The position numbers and the translations under genes were made by a program. Positions 12,086-23,510 of a DNA stretch of 64,000 nt are shown here, one piece after another (positions within the stretch are counted from its first letter, which is position 1; every line of letters starts with the position of its first letter). A model generated the notes under the pieces. It was not told where the DNA came from. It saw nothing but the letters and a program-made list of their open reading frames with translations, and did not search any database. The stretch covers positions 88,104,001 to 88,168,000 of the forward strand of contig NC_058368.1 of the NCBI RefSeq assembly GCF_018350175.1, written 5' to 3'. Source of the DNA: Felis catus (taxonomy: Eukaryota).

Positions 12086-13887
12086 CAAAGACCTGGCCAG
12101 GGGGTCCTTGGAGCCCATTCAGCCCAGGCTGCGATGCAGGGCAGGGGGTCACACCATGCAGGGCCTGGGGACAGGGTGTGTGTGTGTAAGGGGGGTGGGC
12201 TCAGCACTCGGTGCCAGGCTGGGGGACCCAGAGCTGGCCCTGCACCTGCTGCCCTGGGGGTCCCAGCACTGGGAGGTTCTGGTTCAGCACAGAATGGGGA
12301 GGTGGCTTGAGGAAACTGGGAGTCTGGGAGTCTAGGGGAGGGAGAGCTGGTGGGGGCTCAGAGGAGGGGCTGGCCACACCCCTTCCAGGACTTCAAAGCT
12401 GCTGGCCTGGGAGTGTGAGATTTGCAGGGGGCTGAGCCAAGGGGGGCCTGGTGGGGTGAGGCCCCACCACCTCCGGGCCTTTAATATGGTTATTCCTCTC
12501 CTGTCTCAACTACCTGTGAACAGGCCCACCCGGCCCATTTCCTGCCCTCTCCAGGGCTTCGGGAGGGGCTGTCAACTCCCTGGAGAGGGGGAGAGGCAGA
12601 AAGGCCGAGAAGCCAGGCCTGGTTACCCGGCTCTGCCCTCCTGAGTGGGGGTCAGGGCAGGGCTGGCGGGGGCTGGGCCAGGCTTCAGACAGGGCTCTGG
12701 ATGGAATATCCCACACCCGCAAAAGCCAGGAGCAGAGAGGCCCTGGGGAGACCCCTCATCCCACTTCCTCTTGCACTGGAGGGAAACTGAGGCCAGCTAG
12801 CAGAGTTGAGGGTTTTGCCTCCTCATTCACTCAGGCTCTTCTTCCCCACCCCCCTCGCCCAAACACCAGGCCTGCTCTGCGGCCCCTTGGGGCAGGGTCA
12901 GCCCATCCTGGCCCCCTTCTGGTGGGGTTCTCCTCTCTCTGCCCTGAAGCCAGGGAGAGCTGAGACCATCTCCACAGTGGTCTTGCTCCCAGGCCTACAA
13001 GGGGGCCTCACACTCAGCACCCAGAGGCCAGAGCCTGCCCAGGTCCCTGATATGCTGTGTGTTCTCAGGTCAGCACCTTGCCCTCTATGGGTCCCTGGGG
13101 GACAGAACCTGGTCTGGTCGACCCCTGAGGGTGGCCCTGCCCCTGCATTCTCCCTTGTGACCTTGTGGCCATGCCCACGCATTGCCCCCCACCCCACCCG
13201 CCTCTCCAACCCTTTCATCTGTGGAGCCCCCAGCACCTGGTACCCAGCAGGTGCCAATTAGGGCGGCTCCTGCCTGGGCCCTGACTCAGAGGTGCTGTGT
13301 GGCCATGCTGTCTGTGTGTGGTGGATGGAGCCCAAGGGTGGCTGGAGTAGGGCACCTGTCACCCCCTACCTCCAGGGTCTGACACTGTGCCGAGTGTCTG
13401 ATCCAGCTTTATAGCCCAGGATGGCCTTCGGGCTGCGTTCAGACTCCCCTGCTCTGGACTCACCCTGTGAGGAGGCTGGCTGCCTATGCTCCTGCCTCGC
13501 CCTGGGCCCTGTGCACTTAATCACCGGCTCCTTCTTATTAGAGCATTGGCCTGCAGCCCACCTGGCCTGGGGGACCCCCCGGGGCCCCAGCTGGGGATCC
13601 CCAGTGGTCAGCTGCAGCCCTGGAGCAGGGGCAACCCAGTCTGTAGTACACTTGGTGGTAGCACAGCCAGCAGGAGGCCATGGCCTTGGGGTGGGACATG
13701 GGAGGGCCAGTCCGGTGAGGTGTGGCGGGAGGAGTACTGGGAGTTCAGGGCAGGGTCTGTGTCCTGCCCCACTGCCCCACCTGGCCCCATAGGTTCTGTC
13801 CTATGGGATAAGGCCATGACTCCCCACCCCCAGCATATCTCTAATGGCCCTCCCTCTAATCCTACAGGGCTCTGTTGGATTGCATAC

Positions 13888-14200
13888 TCCTGCCTGCCCT
13901 GGGTCTTTGAATCCCTGTCCAGAATCCTCTTCCTGCCCTGGGTCTGCATCCCCTTGTCCGAGATCCCCTTCCTGCCCTGTGTCTGTACCTTCCTGTGTCT
14001 GTACCCCTGCCTGCCCTGGGTCAGCACCCCCTTGTCCAGGACCCCTTCCTGCCCTGGGTCTGTACCTTCCTGTCTGGGATCCCCTGCCTGCCCTGGGTCT
14101 ACACCCCCTTGTCTGGGACCGCCTTCCTGCCCTTGATCTGCACCCCCACCTTGTCCAGGATCCCCTGCCTTCCCTGGGTCTGCACATCCCTGTCCAGGGC
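13888..14200. repeat. Minisatellite, unit about 38-39 bp (cctgccctgggtctgtacccccttgtccaggatcccctt), about 8 copies
   Basis: Directly visible tandem units. Confidence 0.93.
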
Positions 14201-15639
14201 CCTTGTCCAGCCAGCTGTGGCCTTTCTGCAGAGAACGACTCTTCGCCCCTGTGCCCTCAGGGATGCCCTGGGGCCCAGACACTCCAGATACTGAGCTGGC
14301 GGGCACAGGGCTTCTCTCCATCTGCCCTGGTGAGGCCTCCTCCAGCCTGCCCCAGCCCCCTCCCTTCCAGCAAATGGCCCCTGCAGGGTGGCTGTGCTGG
14401 GCCTGACCTCTAAGAGGGTGGGGGCTGGGTCTTCAGCTCTTAGCTTCCTATCATCTCTCTCCCATCCCTCACCCATCCCAGCCTGTGCCCCCACCCCTGA
14501 CCCCTCTGCTTTTTCCCTCCCTGTGCATTGGTCTGGCACGGCACACAAATGGGGCACAGTAGGGCAGAGACAGGAAGAGGGATCCTGCACCTGGCTTGGA
14601 GAGGTGAATGTGTGGCCTTGGGAAAGCCCCGGCCCCCACTGCTGTTCAACCCTGCAGACCCCACATACCCCGAGTAGAGTGGACGTGGGTGGGCAATAGC
14701 CACGGAGAGACCAAGTGGGACTCTGTCCAAAAGGATGCCTCACTTACCCTGGGGCTCTCCCTGCCTGGCCTGAAAGGAGGTAGGGGGCCCCAAAGGCAGG
14801 GTCACCCCATCCTTATCCCCAGGTCTTGAGCATGGTGCTGGGACACAGCCCACCATACACTTAGAAGCTGCTGACCCCTGCCAAGCCTTGCACACTTGAG
14901 CTATGTCCTGCCACAGAGGGGAGGCCAGGCACCCAGGGTCAGCTCTGGCCCCTGGCCTGACGTGGACATGAACAGGTGGGGGCCCCTGGGGGATCCGGGC
15001 CTCGTGCAGTGGCTCTCTGCCAGCATGAGATGTTCCTCGTGGCCTCCAGGCTGGATTCCAGCCAGGTGAGCTGTGGTGTCTAAGTTGGCCTTGGCCAGAG
15101 GCAGGAGAGGCCAGGCCCAAGAGAGGCACCCTGATTTTCAGGCTCTGTCTCAGCTGGCGAGCCTTGAATTGAGGTGGTCTTTCTTGCCTCCCAGCCAGGC
15201 CAGGCTGCTGGAAAACCCCGTGACTGGGCCATGATGGGGACCTCCAGGAATGTTCACTGAGTGAAGCGTACTGTGGATATTTGGGGACATGTGGGGCTTA
15301 CAGTTGACCTGGGGGAAGACCCTCGGCACCACTGATTTGTGTGAGGTCTTCCCGCTGCACCGCACATCCCCGGAGGCAGGCAGGCCTTCCCCACCCCTCT
15401 GCACCCCTTCTATCTGTCTGCAGTCTGCCCTGCCCCAGGACTCAGGGCCGCCTCTTTTCCTTGATGGCCATCCCTCTTCCTTGTCCTGGACTTCCGGCCT
15501 GTGGAGGCCACAGCAGAGGCCCCAGGGGTCCCTGAGGCATGCTCCTCTGTCATGGCCTTCAGACATCTCCCCTCCCAGAGGACCACCGCCAATCCAGCCC
15601 CTGTGCCTCGCCAACCCATTGCCAAAAATCCAGTACAAT

Positions 15640-17734
15640 CCAGGCTCATTTAGTTCTTCTTCTTTTTTTTTTTGTTTGTTTTTTACTTTCCCCATGGTTC
15701 GAAACTCACAAGCTATGACTAAAATAGTTTCTTTCATAGAAAGAAAAGGAAACCGACAACAACAACAACAACACATCTGTTTGTCTAGCTCCAGTGTATG
15801 GTGGATATAGCAGCATCGGAAATAAAATTAAAATAAAAAATGCACAATTCAAGGCAGAGGGAGGTTGTGTCCCCAGAGGTGTGCTGGGCACCTTGCCTGG
15901 GTGCGGGCCCTCAGGGCCAGGGGCTGGGGCACATTTCACAGTGGCAGAGGCTGGGTGGGGACAGGTCTCCTCGTGGGAGGTCCCTGTGGGCAGTGGCCAA
16001 GGGTCCATCAGCCTCTGGTTCCCAGGCAGGGCAGATGAGTCAGGGGGAGGCTCCAGAACAATGGCCAGTGGCAGCCAGGTCAGGCACACAGCAGCAGGAG
16101 CTGGGGTCAGTCCTGGCCACGGTGGGGGGGGGGTAAGGGGAGGGAAGACCACCCTTCTGGGGGCTGTGGGTCCTTTGCCTGAAGCATGGGTGTGGACCCA
16201 TCTTCCTCAAAACTCCCAAACAATGCAGCCCAAATCCAAGTGAGCATCTGAGGCAGGGTATGGAGTCTGGCAGGGCAGGGCCTGGACAGCAGCAGAGATG
16301 AGTTGCTGGGGCAGTCTGGCCCCCTTCCTGCCTTCCTCTTACAAGGGCAGTGGACCAGAGAGGTGCAGGGAGGTCCAGAAGCTCAGAGGGAGACAGGGTG
16401 GGGCTGGAAGTTTCCAGTTCCAGCTTTGCTCCTCTCCGGTGGATGTGAGATGTGAGGACAGGGAGGACGGTGGGCCAGGCAGTCTGCATAGTAGAGGTCC
16501 CAGCTCATCAGGTCTGACTGCAGCCTGGGTTCCTGGGAAGATGGCCCGGGGACGGTCTGAGGCAGGAGCACATAGCAGCCAGGGCACAGCTAGGCCTCGG
16601 GGGCCAGGCCCCTCTGCTACAGGACTCCTTGTCTTTTCCCCAGTTCTTGGGGCTCACCAGGGTGAGCGTCTTCCCGGTAGGTTCCTGGTTGCGAGCTGTG
16701 GCAGATGCCAGGGTGAGGGAAGGGTGTCACAAGACCTCCAGTCGCCTGAATTGTTGCAGAGCACCAGACTTGGAGGGTGGACTCCAGGGCCCATAGGAAG
16801 GGGTGGGAGGGCCGGATGCCACCCCACGGGGTCCCCGCGGCTAGTTCTGCCCTGAGAAGCTGCTCCTCTCTCGGGCGAGGTGTAGCGGAACCTTACAGGT
16901 AGGCCGGTGGGGAGGAGGGGGGCAGCACGGGAGCCCCGCCCCCAGAGATGACCCCTTCCCACCCGGTAGCTCCACCCACGGACCCCGCCCTTCCAGGCGT
17001 AGCTCCACCCCGCCCCGTCCCCATCCAGGAAGCCCGCACCTGTGTAGGAGAACCCCACTCCACTCAGGAACCTCACCCTTGCCCTACCACAGGTTACCCT
17101 GATCCCATCCAGGGGAGTCCTAGTCCTGGGGCCCCGCCTCCCGAGAGAAGCCCCGCCCCATCGAAGGAAGAAACCAGAACCAGTCGAAGGACCCCGCCCC
17201 TATCCAGGGATCCCTATTTCCGCCCTTCTAGGGAGGAGCCCACCCCCATCCAGGAGCCCCACTCGGAGGCCCGCCCCCAGAGAGGAGCCCTGCCCCATTC
17301 AGGGAGAAAATCTGCACTTGTAGGGTGGCCCAGTCCCCTCCCAGGGAGCCTCCTTTCCGCCCTACTAGGGACGGGGCGGGGAAGGTCCGGCACCCATCCA
17401 CGAGCCCTAGTTGGGAGCCCTGCCCTATCCAGATTGGAGCCCCGCCCCCGCCCTATCAGGGAAGAAGCCCGCCTCCATTCAGAACTCTCAGTTGGGGGCC
17501 CACCCCTATCCAGGCAGGAGTCCTCCCGATTCAGGAGCCCAATCCCCACCCTCAACACCCTATCCAGGGAGGAGACCGCCCCCAGAGAGGAGCCCGCCCC
17601 CGACCTATCCGGGGAGGAGTCCTCCCCCATCCGGGACTCCCAGGTGGGAGCCCCGCCCCCAGACAGGAGCCCCGCCCCCGCCCTATCCAGGGAGCAGCCC
17701 GCCCCCTGCAGGAGCCGCACGCGGGGCGGGCGCG
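15640..17734 (-). other. WNT3A: WNT3A 3' UTR (end approximate)
   Basis: Follows the stop codon and ends in an AT-rich island at 15640-15850 with variant poly(A) hexamers AGTAAA (15687-15682) and ACTAAA (15654-15649). The exact cleavage site cannot be determined from sequence. Confidence 0.55.
16930..17715. repeat. Degenerate GC-rich repeat in the WNT3A 3' UTR (ggagccccgccccc / ccctatccaggg motifs)
   Basis: The motifs tatccagg and agccccgccc recur many times at irregular spacing. Confidence 0.85.
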
Positions 17735-18260
17735 CTACTTGCAGGTGTGCACGTCGTAGACACGCGAGCACTCTTGGCAGCTCACATAGCAACACCAGTG
17801 GAAGACGCAGTGGCACTTCTCGCGGCGCCGCTCGGTGCGCGCGTTGTGGCCGCGGCCGCAGCACAGCAGGTCGCAGCCGTCGATGCCGTGCGAGCTCACG
17901 TTGCAGGTGCGGTCGCGGGTACCGAATGAGCCGGTCTCGGGGTTGGGCTCGCAGAAGTTGGGCGAGGGCTCGTAGTACACTAGGTCGCGGTCCGTGGGCA
18001 CCTTGAAGTAGGTGTAGCGCGGCCGCAGGGTCTCCACCCACCCGCGCGACTCGCGGTGCTTCTCCACCACCATCTCCGAGGCGCTGTCGTACTTGTCTTT
18101 GAGGAAGTCGCCAATGGCGCGGAAGTCGGGCTGCGACCACCAGCAGGTCTTCACCTCGCAGCTGCCCGACAGCCCGTGACACTTGCACTTGAGGTGCATG
18201 TGGCTGGCGATGGCCTGCAGGAGCGCGCCAATGAAGGGCATCAGGGCCCGCCCAGTGCAT
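17700..18260. promoter_or_regulatory. CpG island over the last exon
   Basis: Dense CpGs across exon 4 and the start of the 3' UTR. Confidence 0.65.
17735..18214 (-). CDS. WNT3A: WNT3A coding exon 4 (480 nt including TAG stop)
   Basis: Acceptor ctgcAG at 18216-18215. Encodes [26 protein letters not shown] (Wnt signature with the palmitoleoylated Ser209) through [22 protein letters not shown] at 17737-17735. Spliced CDS is 352 aa. Confidence 0.98.
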   Translation of the reverse strand, partial: AIASHMHLKCKCHGLSGSCEVKTCWWSQPDFRAIGDFLKDKYDSASEMVVEKHRESRGWVETLRPRYTYFKVPTDRDLVYYEPSPNFCEPNPETGSFGTRDRTCNVSSHGIDGCDLLCCGRGHNARTERRREKCHCVFHWCCYVSCQECSRVYDVHTCK

Positions 18261-18806
18261 CTAGTATGTGCGGGGGGAGGGGGGCTCTCCCCCCCTTCCC
18301 CGGGGCTGTGCTCTTGGCCTGTGGTCCCCCCGTCCCATGTTCTCCTGGCAAACTCAGTGCAACCTGTCTGTTCCATAAAGTCCCCTCTCCATGCGTCACC
18401 AGTGCCACCCTTGAGCCAATGCCTCCCCTGGCCGACCCAAGATCACCGGAGGGCACCTCCGGTGCCTGACAGCTTCACCTCTCTCCTTGGCTGTGTCTTA
18501 TGACTGGGGGAGGGAGGGAGGGAAGGGACGGAGAGTAATGATCAGGTTCAGGCATGCAGGAGGGAGGACATTAATTCTGACCTGGAGAACCCAAAACCGC
18601 AGCCCAGAGGACGTGTACATGGCCTGGTGGCAAAGCTGGGGGCTGAACTGAGCAAGGATAATGGGGGTGGCTTGAGCAGAGCCCCTTCAGGGCCCAGAAA
18701 ACTGGATTTATGGGGCTGTAAGGGAATAGGAAGAGGATGGAGGTAGTGCAGGGGGACAAGACTGGGGGATCTTGGGGTCTTGAGGAATGTGTTTCTTTCC
18801 TTCTCT

Positions 18807-19026
18807 TTATTTTTATTAAAAAATTTTTAAGTGTATTTATTTATTTTGAGAGACAGGGAGAACGAACAGGGGAGGGGCAGAGAGAGGGAGAGAGAGAGAT
18901 CCCAAGCTGGCTCCACATTGTCAGTGTACAGCCCCATGTGGGGCTCGAACTCACCAACCATGAGATTATGACCTGAGCCAAAACCAAGAGTCGCTTACTT
19001 AACCGACTGAGCCACCCAGGTGCCCC
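18807..19026 (-). mobile_element. Can-SINE with a 13-bp target-site duplication
   Basis: Full head-to-tail element. TSD tctttccttctct at 18794-18806 and 19027-19039. Confidence 0.95.
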
Positions 19027-19099
19027 TCTTTCCTTCTCTCTTTGAGGGAAGGGATGGGATTGGGGGTGAAGGGGCCTGTGACTTAATCCAAACTAAGGT

Positions 19100-19421
19100 T
19101 GCACTGCCCACTGTGGTGGGCACCTGCCACCTGTGAGCCCTTGAGATGTGGCCAGTCCACAGTGTGGTGTGCTGTATGTACAAACCAGATGCTGGCTTGC
19201 ACAGAGTCCCCAGGCTTCATGCAAGAAAAGTACATAAAATATCCCCTCACTATTTTAATATTGATTGTGACCATTATGGCACTGATAACACGTTGGTTGA
19301 TATACTGGCCTTAATAAAATTTCATGGTAAAACTAATGCCACTTGCTTCCTCTTTAAATGTGGCTACTAGAAAATGCATAACTACGTATGTGAGTCCCAT
19401 CATACTCCTGTTGGACAGTGT
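19100..19421 (-). mobile_element. hAT-Charlie MITE (MER33-like)
   Basis: Ends gcactgccca... and ...ttggacagtg form terminal inverted repeats. Internal motifs ttgagatgtggccagtcc and aatgtggctactagaaaat. Confidence 0.7.
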
Positions 19422-19548
19422 AGGGTGGGCTCTGTGTCCATACGCGAGTCCCATTATACTTCTGCTGGACAGTGTAAGGTGGGCTCTGTGTCTGTACATG
19501 AGTCCCGTTATATTCCTGTTGGGCAGTGTAAGGTGAGCTCTGTGTCCA
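19386..19548. repeat. 54-bp tandem repeat, 3 copies
   Basis: gagtccc recurs at 19392, 19446 and 19500. Confidence 0.95.
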
Positions 19549-20249
19549 GATGCTGCCTGCACCCCGTCCCCCTCACCTACACTTCCCTCTCATACTGGCC
19601 CTTTCCGGGGGTATCTGTAATGACTGCATCCCTCCTCTCAGTTAATTTCTGTCTCATCTCCATTTTCTTCTTTTCTCCAGAGACCTCGTCAGTCTCTTTA
19701 ATTTTACTTTTGTCAAAGTTATACATGCATATACTTTAAAGAGACCAAGAGTTCCTGAGACTTGCTCCCACGACCATGCACACACAGCACCTGACTGACC
19801 GGCCAAGGCAACAACTTGTGCATCTTGCATCTCTAATAGAATGTTTGCTTGCTACTCCTTGAGTTTGGGGGGTTCGGCAATGTCTCCCCTCTCACCATGG
19901 AGGGTGGGAAGTCAGCTCTTTATCATCAACCCAAACATGCCAATGCACATCTCCCCAGCCCTCTCCACCCCAAAAAACTAAAGCAGAATCCAGTTACATG
20001 GATATCGAGTGCTGATGCTATTGGAACTGTGTTCAATGTCATACCCAGCTGAGCCCTGTTATAGGGCATGATTACTTTTTCTTTCCTACAAAACTTTCTT
20101 GTTGCTGTTTTTAATGTACTTATCACGAATTCAGACTCAGACTTTCCCCAAACTGTGTAAATATTCTCTTCAAGATGTTCAAACATATCATGTATTCTAA
20201 GATTTTAGCCTCTCAGAGACATCTCTTTGAGAGACCTTCTGGTAAATTT

Positions 20250-20870
20250 TGTGAAATGTGCATGCCTGAAAACACAGTTTTTCTACTTGAAAAGTTGACA
20301 GGATGGTTTAGCTGGGTATAAAATTCTTGGTTTACAATATTATTTCCCTCCCAAACTCTGAAAGCAGTACTCCATTTTTATTCCAGCTTCCATTGTTGTT
20401 CTTGGAAATTCCGATGCCATTTTGATTCCCAATCCTTTGCATGAAACCCAAGGCTTGGAGGGCTTCTCTGTCATGGGCTGTGAACTTCATAACGCTAGGT
20501 CTTGGTATGGGTCTCCTCTTTCATATGCCAGTCACTTATTTGGGCTGTTTGGTCTGAAACTTGTGATCTTCAGTCCTGGGAACCTTCCTGCCTTCTTTGC
20601 TGATTTCTTCTTCATGTTCACCATTGACTGTCTCTGACAGAACCTCCATATTCTCCATTCTTTCCTATTTTCCATCTCTTTGTTATTTTCCTCTACTTTA
20701 TAGAAGGGTGTCTCAAGTATCTGCCAACTTTTCTGCTGGGAGATTTGTTTCTGCTATCCTACTTTCAATTTCTAGTGGCATTTTTTTCCTTCTCTGAATA
20801 TTCTTTTAATTTAACATCCTGTTCCAATTTTATGGGACAGTATTTTATATCTCTGGGTATAGTGTTTTTT
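20250..20870 (-). mobile_element. Old L1/HAL1 ORF1-region fragment (degenerate L1-like sequence probably continues to about 22900)
   Basis: AT-rich. gtttagctgggtataaaattcttggtt...cttccattgttg resembles the antisense L1 ORF1 3' part. Confidence 0.55.
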
Positions 20871-20874
20871 TTAA

Positions 20875-21097
20875 CTCTTTTCTTTCTTTTTTAAAACAGT
20901 GTTTATTTATTTATTAGGAGAAAGAGAGAGATAGTGCAAGTGAGGGAGGGGCAGAGAGAGAGGGAGAGAGAGAATGCCAAGCAGGCTCCATGTTCAGTGT
21001 AGAGGCTGACTCAGGGCTCAATCCCACAACATGATCCTGAGATCATGACCTGAGCCAAAAGTCAGACTTTTTACCGACTGAGCCACCCAGGTGTCCC
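20875..21097 (-). mobile_element. Can-SINE
   Basis: T-rich tail, (GA)n region and head ...accgactgagccacccaggtgtccc. Confidence 0.93.
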
Positions 21098-21132
21098 TAA
21101 AATTGTTTCAATTTTTTTTAATTTTTAAAATA

Positions 21133-21310
21133 TAAAAACAGGGAGGGGGACAAAACATAAGAGACTCTTAAATATGGAGAATAAATAGAGGGTTACTTGA
21201 GGGGGGGGGATGGGCTAAATGGGTAAGGGGCATTAAGGAATCTACTCCTGAAATCACTGTTGCACTATATGCTAACTAACTTGGATGTAAATTAAAAAAA
21301 AATAAGTTAA
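21133..21310 (+). mobile_element. Carnivore/felid L1 3' end (5'-truncated)
   Basis: gggagggggacaaaacataagagactcttaaat...ggggcattaaggaatctactcctgaaatc..tatatgctaactaacttggatgtaaatt followed by an A tail. Confidence 0.8.
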
Positions 21311-21329
21311 ATAGAAAATATATAATCTT

Positions 21330-21407
21330 CTCACCCAACATGGAGCTCGGACTCATGACCCTGAGATCAAGAGTTGCATGCTTTACCGACTGAGCCAGCC
21401 AGGTGCG
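21330..21407 (-). mobile_element. Short or older Can-SINE fragment
   Basis: gaccctgagatcaagagttgcatgctttaccgactgagccagccaggtgc is a SINEC head in reverse orientation. Confidence 0.8.
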
Positions 21408-21570
21408 TGAAATAGTGGTAGTTTTGAAGTTTTCATCTCTCTTTACAATGTCTCTTTCCCATAAGTTTTGTTTTTGTTTGTTTTGGTCTTTAACTTTGTG
21501 GTTACAGGAGACCTTCCTCAGATGTCCTGTGATCCTTGGATGTCTGCTCATATTTAAAAGCAGGATACCA

Positions 21571-21785
21571 GGGGCCCCTAGGTGGCTTAGTTGGTTAAGC
21601 ACCTGATTTGGCTCAAGTCATGATCACAGCTTGTGTGTTCAAGCCCCGTGTTGGGCTCTGTGCTGACAGCTCAGAGCCTGGAGCCTGCTTTGGATTTTTT
21701 GTCTCCCTCTTTCTCTGCCCTCCCCCACTCATGCTCTGTCTCTCTCTTTCTCAAAAATAAATAGACATTAAAAAATAAAATAAAT
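21571..21785 (+). mobile_element. Can-SINE (SINEC_Fc-like) with TSD
   Basis: Contains gctctgtgctgacagctcagagcctggagcctgctt. TSD taaaagcaggatacca (21555-21570) versus taaaagcaggacacta (21785-21800), 2 mismatches. Confidence 0.94.
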
Positions 21786-23042
21786 AAAAGCAGGACACTA
21801 AACATCTTGTTGGAAGCTCATGTGCTTGGTGGAGACTTGTCAACATGGGCCCTCACTACAGTGTGACCTGGCTGTGACCATGGGGGAGTCCCAGGTAGGT
21901 ATCTTTAAGTCTCCTCTTGGGTTGGTCCAATTCCCAGGGGAGAATCTTCAACTCCTGTCTGGAGGGTCAAGCTTCACCGTGGCATATGGAGACTAGGAAG
22001 AGAAATGCATGTGTAGATGGGGACTACTTTCACTTGGGAAACCAGGCTGTGCTTGGTGTCCCTCAGTCCAGACACACTGTGCTTTGCCCTTTTCAGAGAC
22101 TACATACCCAGACTTCTGCCATTGTAAAGGACGGGTGTTTCCTGGATGTAAGGAGATGGACAGAAAACCTGGTGGGTTCCGAATTGCTTTTAAAATAGAT
22201 GATCTATCCATTTCCTGTTTTTAGACCCAGTATTTGTCTATACTTTTCAAGACACCTGCTACTAGTAGTTCCTGGGTTGGCTGTCAGAGTTCTCCTCTAC
22301 TGGTTTAGGATTCTGCTTTCTCCTAAGACCCAGTTATTCATGGATCTGCTTCTCAGTTTGCAAACTCTGGCTGCCATTGTTAGGTACTGCTTTCCACGTT
22401 TTCAGGAGTTATCATGAATTTATATGTTATGGCATTCATTTGTTATCATTTTAGTGGGGTTCTGGGAGGTCGCAGAGGGAAATGCTTATGTTCACTTTGT
22501 TGTCTTTCACTGGGATTTCTCATACATCTTTCAGTTCTACAATTGCGATGTGATTGTTTCCTAAGTATATTCTATGCTTTTTATAGTTTCCAGTTCTCTG
22601 CTGAAACATTCAGACTCGCATTTTGGCTTTGTAAACCTAAATAAGCATGTATATTTTTTCACACTCTGTGTCTCGTAATTGTAGTAATCTGTAGTCCCTG
22701 TGGACTCATTTCTGTGATTTTTGCTGATGATCACTCATTCTGTCACCAGCTCATGTGATAGGTTATCTTTGATTATGTGCTGGACACTGTGGTTGAAAAA
22801 TTATTTGTAGTAACATTTTTTAAACATTGAATAAGGTTATCATCCTCCAAAGAGGATTTGTCTGCCTTTTTCCAGGTGCATGGGAAAACCAGCAATTTGG
22901 AATCACCATAATTTGTTCTCAGATCTTGGGATTTTTCTAGCCTGCACATGTGTACAAGGGCTGGGCTACTTCTGGTTTTCCTTTAGTCCTCAGGATCCCA
23001 GGCTAAACTGAGGAGTGATGTCCTAGAGATAGCACCCTTGAT

Positions 23043-23262
23043 GAGCCCCTTTGGGGCTCAGTCGATTAAGTGTCTGAGTCTTGATCTTGGGTCAGGTCAT
23101 GATCTCATGGTTTCTGGGATTGAGCCCCATGTTGGGCTCTGCGCTGACAGCATGGAGCCTACTTGGGATTCTATCTCTCCCTCTCCTTCTGCCCCTCCCC
23201 CACACACTCTCTCTGTCTCTTTCTCTCAAAGAAAATAAACTTAAAAAAAAAAGAAAGAAAAA
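23043..23262 (+). mobile_element. Can-SINE
   Basis: ggctcagtcgattaagtgtctg..ggtcaggtcatgatctcatgg, a CT-rich body and an A tail. Confidence 0.92.
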
Positions 23263-23510
23263 AGAAATCTTTGCCTACTCCAAGGTCACAGAGATGTTCT
23301 TTCATGTTTTCTTCCTAACATTTTTGTTTCATTTTGTTTTACCTTTTACATTTGGGTTTGTAATTGGCTTTCTATATGGTGCGAAGTAGGAGTCAGGTTA
23401 ATTTTTTCCACCATATCGTTATCCAATTCACTGAGCACCATTTATTCAAAAGAGACTATTTTTTTGTCTGCACTGGACTCATTGTCCTTGGGATAAGTCA
23501 GGGGACTGTA
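23263..23510 (-). mobile_element. Old L1 ORF2 fragment
   Basis: aagaaatctttgcctactccaaggtcacagagat and cactgagcaccatttattcaaaagagac are antisense L1 ORF2 motifs. Confidence 0.7.

Noticed and set aside
11066..12335. ORFs with repeated peptide units (e.g. PGQGCVPQT)
   Set aside because: Translations of the minisatellite in several frames on both strands, with no splice or domain support.
16948..18006. 352-aa plus-strand ORF antisense to exon 4 and the 3' UTR (same length as WNT3A)
   Set aside because: Pro/Arg/Ser-rich product of stop-poor GC-rich repeat and CpG-island sequence. No recognisable domain, and the equal length is coincidence.
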